From: Guillardia theta CCMP2712
Lineage: Eukaryota > Protista > Cryptophyta
Length of the DNA stretch: 64,000 nucleotides
Assembly: GCF_000315625.1 (NCBI RefSeq)
Contig: NW_005434613.1
Span: forward strand, 67,029-131,028
Reading direction: 5' to 3'
The notes beneath the pieces are model-generated. The model was not told where the DNA came from and made no database searches. It worked only from the letters and a program-made list of their open reading frames with translations. Within the stretch, counting starts at the first letter, position 1. Every line of letters begins with the position of its first letter. Shown piece by piece: positions 59,219 to 64,000 of the stretch. A program made the position numbers and the translations under genes.

Positions 59219-59387
59219 GGGCATTGGGATTGTCGTGAAGTTTAGTTGGTTGGATCTCAAGTTACAGTGTGCGATGATATACTTTGTATTGCTAAATTCT
59301 TTAAACCTTTGAATAGGCTGAGATACAATGACTCGAACGTGCCATCAACAAGCATCATCTCAAATACAATGCTGTGAATCATTCGCT

Positions 59388-59951
59388 TCAATTCGAGCTA
59401 GCCTCACTGGCCCAGGTGCCATGAAGGTTACATGTAGCGTAAGCGACCAGCTTCCTATTCTGGTAGTCTCCTTTGAAGTCTGCGGTAGCTGAGTCCATGT
59501 CAGCAGTCAGGAACTTTGCATCGAGGATGTCTCCACTGTCAGCATCCTGGATCCAGATCAACCTGATGTAGTGCAGCGTTGTGTCCGGGCCGTCTTCATC
59601 CATTACGTGCATGACCTCAACTCGAACCCCGTCGTCGTGACGTGAGAGGACGGGGACGTGCTTGTCTTCCTTCCCCTTGAACTTTCCAGGGTCGTTTCTA
59701 GTGAACACCTCCCCTTTCATCTCCTTGAACGCCTCCTCAATGATGTCCGATTGTGCTCCTCCTCGCAGCGACAGCCCGCGGGCATCGACTGAGTGCCGGG
59801 GTTGGCATCTCAAGACAGCGTCCTTGAGCATGTCGATCTGCGGGAGACTCAAAGTGACTCGCCTGGCATCCAGGCAACCTGCCTCCTCGCACGCCAGTGC
59901 CGCCATGACAACCCACAAGGTCGCACCAGCCCACCCAAACCTCCGCTGCAT
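59388..59951 (-). CDS. Superoxide reductase (1Fe-SOR/neelaredoxin-like, desulfoferrodoxin Fe4 domain) with signal peptide
   Basis: 187 aa, intronless; KHVP, HVM, HYIRLIW, CNLHGTW give the 4His+Cys set; hydrophobic N-terminus and LSLRGG. Confidence 0.88.
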   Translation of the reverse strand: MQRRFGWAGATLWVVMAALACEEAGCLDARRVTLSLPQIDMLKDAVLRCQPRHSVDARGLSLRGGAQSDIIEEAFKEMKGEVFTRNDPGKFKGKEDKHVPVLSRHDDGVRVEVMHVMDEDGPDTTLHYIRLIWIQDADSGDILDAKFLTADMDSATADFKGDYQNRKLVAYATCNLHGTWASEASSN

Positions 59952-60163
59952 GGTTTTTATGTGTTGCCGGGTTTGGACCCCTCAAATTCATAACCCTACC
60001 CCCGATTTCTCACAGACATCACCGACGATACACCGGTTTGTTAGTACCCCACCCTCAAATTTGTTGCACGACTTCCATATAAAGTGGTGAAAAAGACGGT
60101 TGCATACGTTACTAAGTTGTTTGTCCGTTTCCTGACCGTTAGGCCGGATCGCGAGTGGTCGCA

Positions 60164-62918
<2,755 letters not shown>

Positions 62919-63168
62919 TGAAGACATTCTTACATAAAACTTTGTTTCCCTGCTCGTGGGCAAAAGACAGAAAGTGACGTCTAACTTGCACATGTTTGCT
63001 AGAGTCGCGACTCACATCCTTCTGCACAAACTAATACACATTTCCCTCAATCCCTCTTCCTACACAGCTTGAAAATCTCCTCCCCCCCTCCTCTCCTCCT
63101 CGCCTCTTCCCCTCTCCTCCCCCTCTCTCCTCGCCTCCTCCACTCCTCTTCCTCCCCATTCCCACCCC

Positions 63169-64000
63169 TCATTCTCTCCTCAGCGTCTGGTCCAGAAGTC
63201 GCTTCATCCGATCCCACGAGTCTCTACACCACAAACGTCTGACGTTGGCAACTAACCCCAGCTGAAGCTCACCTGTCTGCTCCCTCGTCGTAGAACAGCC
63301 CAGCTGCAAGGTCGGAGGGGTCGGTCTTCTCAGGTCTAGCAGGGCAGAGCTGGGGTCAGACGTCAACTCCATCGGATCCATCGCCTGACCGCGTGAATGC
63401 ATGTCGTGCCCCCGGATAAGCCTCAATGTGAAACGATGCTCTCCTCGCCTGCGAGAAGCCGAGGATGAAGAGGCAGAGGAAAGGAAGAGGGTCAGGCGAG
63501 GAGGAGGAGGAGAAGGAGCAGCAGCAGCAGCAGCGAGCAGCAGGAGGAGAAGGAGCAAGGGAAGTGGAAGGGCAAAAGATCTGGTGATGGAGGAGGAGAG
63601 GCAACAGGAGGGAGGAGAGGAGAAAGAACAGGAGCATGAGGAGCTGGAGAAGGAGCAGGAGAAGGAGCACGAGGAGCAGGAGCAACAGGAGGAGGGGAGG
63701 AGACTTTCACTGCAGCAGCTCATCGACCTTGAGGTTGTCGACGAACCTTTGGAGGTTCTCGGAGCTTACGAACGGATCCTCTGGCACGGCACGTGATTAT
63801 TCTAGATCGTTCTGTGTCCTCTTCAAATTTTCCCACCTTGACCGTGACATACAAGGATCTCCCCCGGAACGAAACCCTCTCTCCCTCCGTAATCCTGCAA
63901 CCCAGCCAGGCGATGTCAGTGGGAAGGAGAGCGCAGAGGGCGTGGTGAGCCGGATGAGGAAAGGAGTGCGGAGAGGAAAGAGGAGGGAGGAGGGAGGAGG
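63169..64000 (-). CDS. Dienelactone hydrolase family protein, 3' portion
   Basis: Exons EILVCHGQ|EDPFVS, FHIEAYPGARHAFTR, GLFYDEGADR|DSWDRMKRLL; catalytic Asp and His motifs present. Confidence 0.82.

Overview
Eukaryotic nuclear DNA: gene-dense, with short GT-AG introns and many longer introns filled with microsatellites, plus six N gaps. Gene families and targeting signals suggest a cryptophyte alga (inference; Guillardia/Hanusia-like). About 19 protein-coding genes are visible. The standout is a roughly 2,600-2,700 aa spliced gene (40702-49986, minus) built like a bacteriophage/bacterial trimeric tail fibre: 13 'PDxxGTxxTTGN' shaft repeats, inserted SUEL-type and discoidin-type lectin modules, and a C-terminal Peptidase S74-like self-cleaving chaperone interrupted by spliceosomal introns. 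Other notable points: a mirror arrangement of two paralog pairs (coiled-coil membrane proteins and intronless CNBD K+ channels); a secretory-pathway superoxide reductase with an LRGG presequence, head-to-head with a 2OG-Fe(II) oxygenase; a hemerythrin-domain protein; a possible winged-helix/CorA-like protein; and recurring TACCCC-rich and CCGG-rich intergenic blocks. No rRNA, tRNA, CRISPR array or intact transposon was recognised. Exon joins were read by eye, so the boundaries of spliced genes are approximate.
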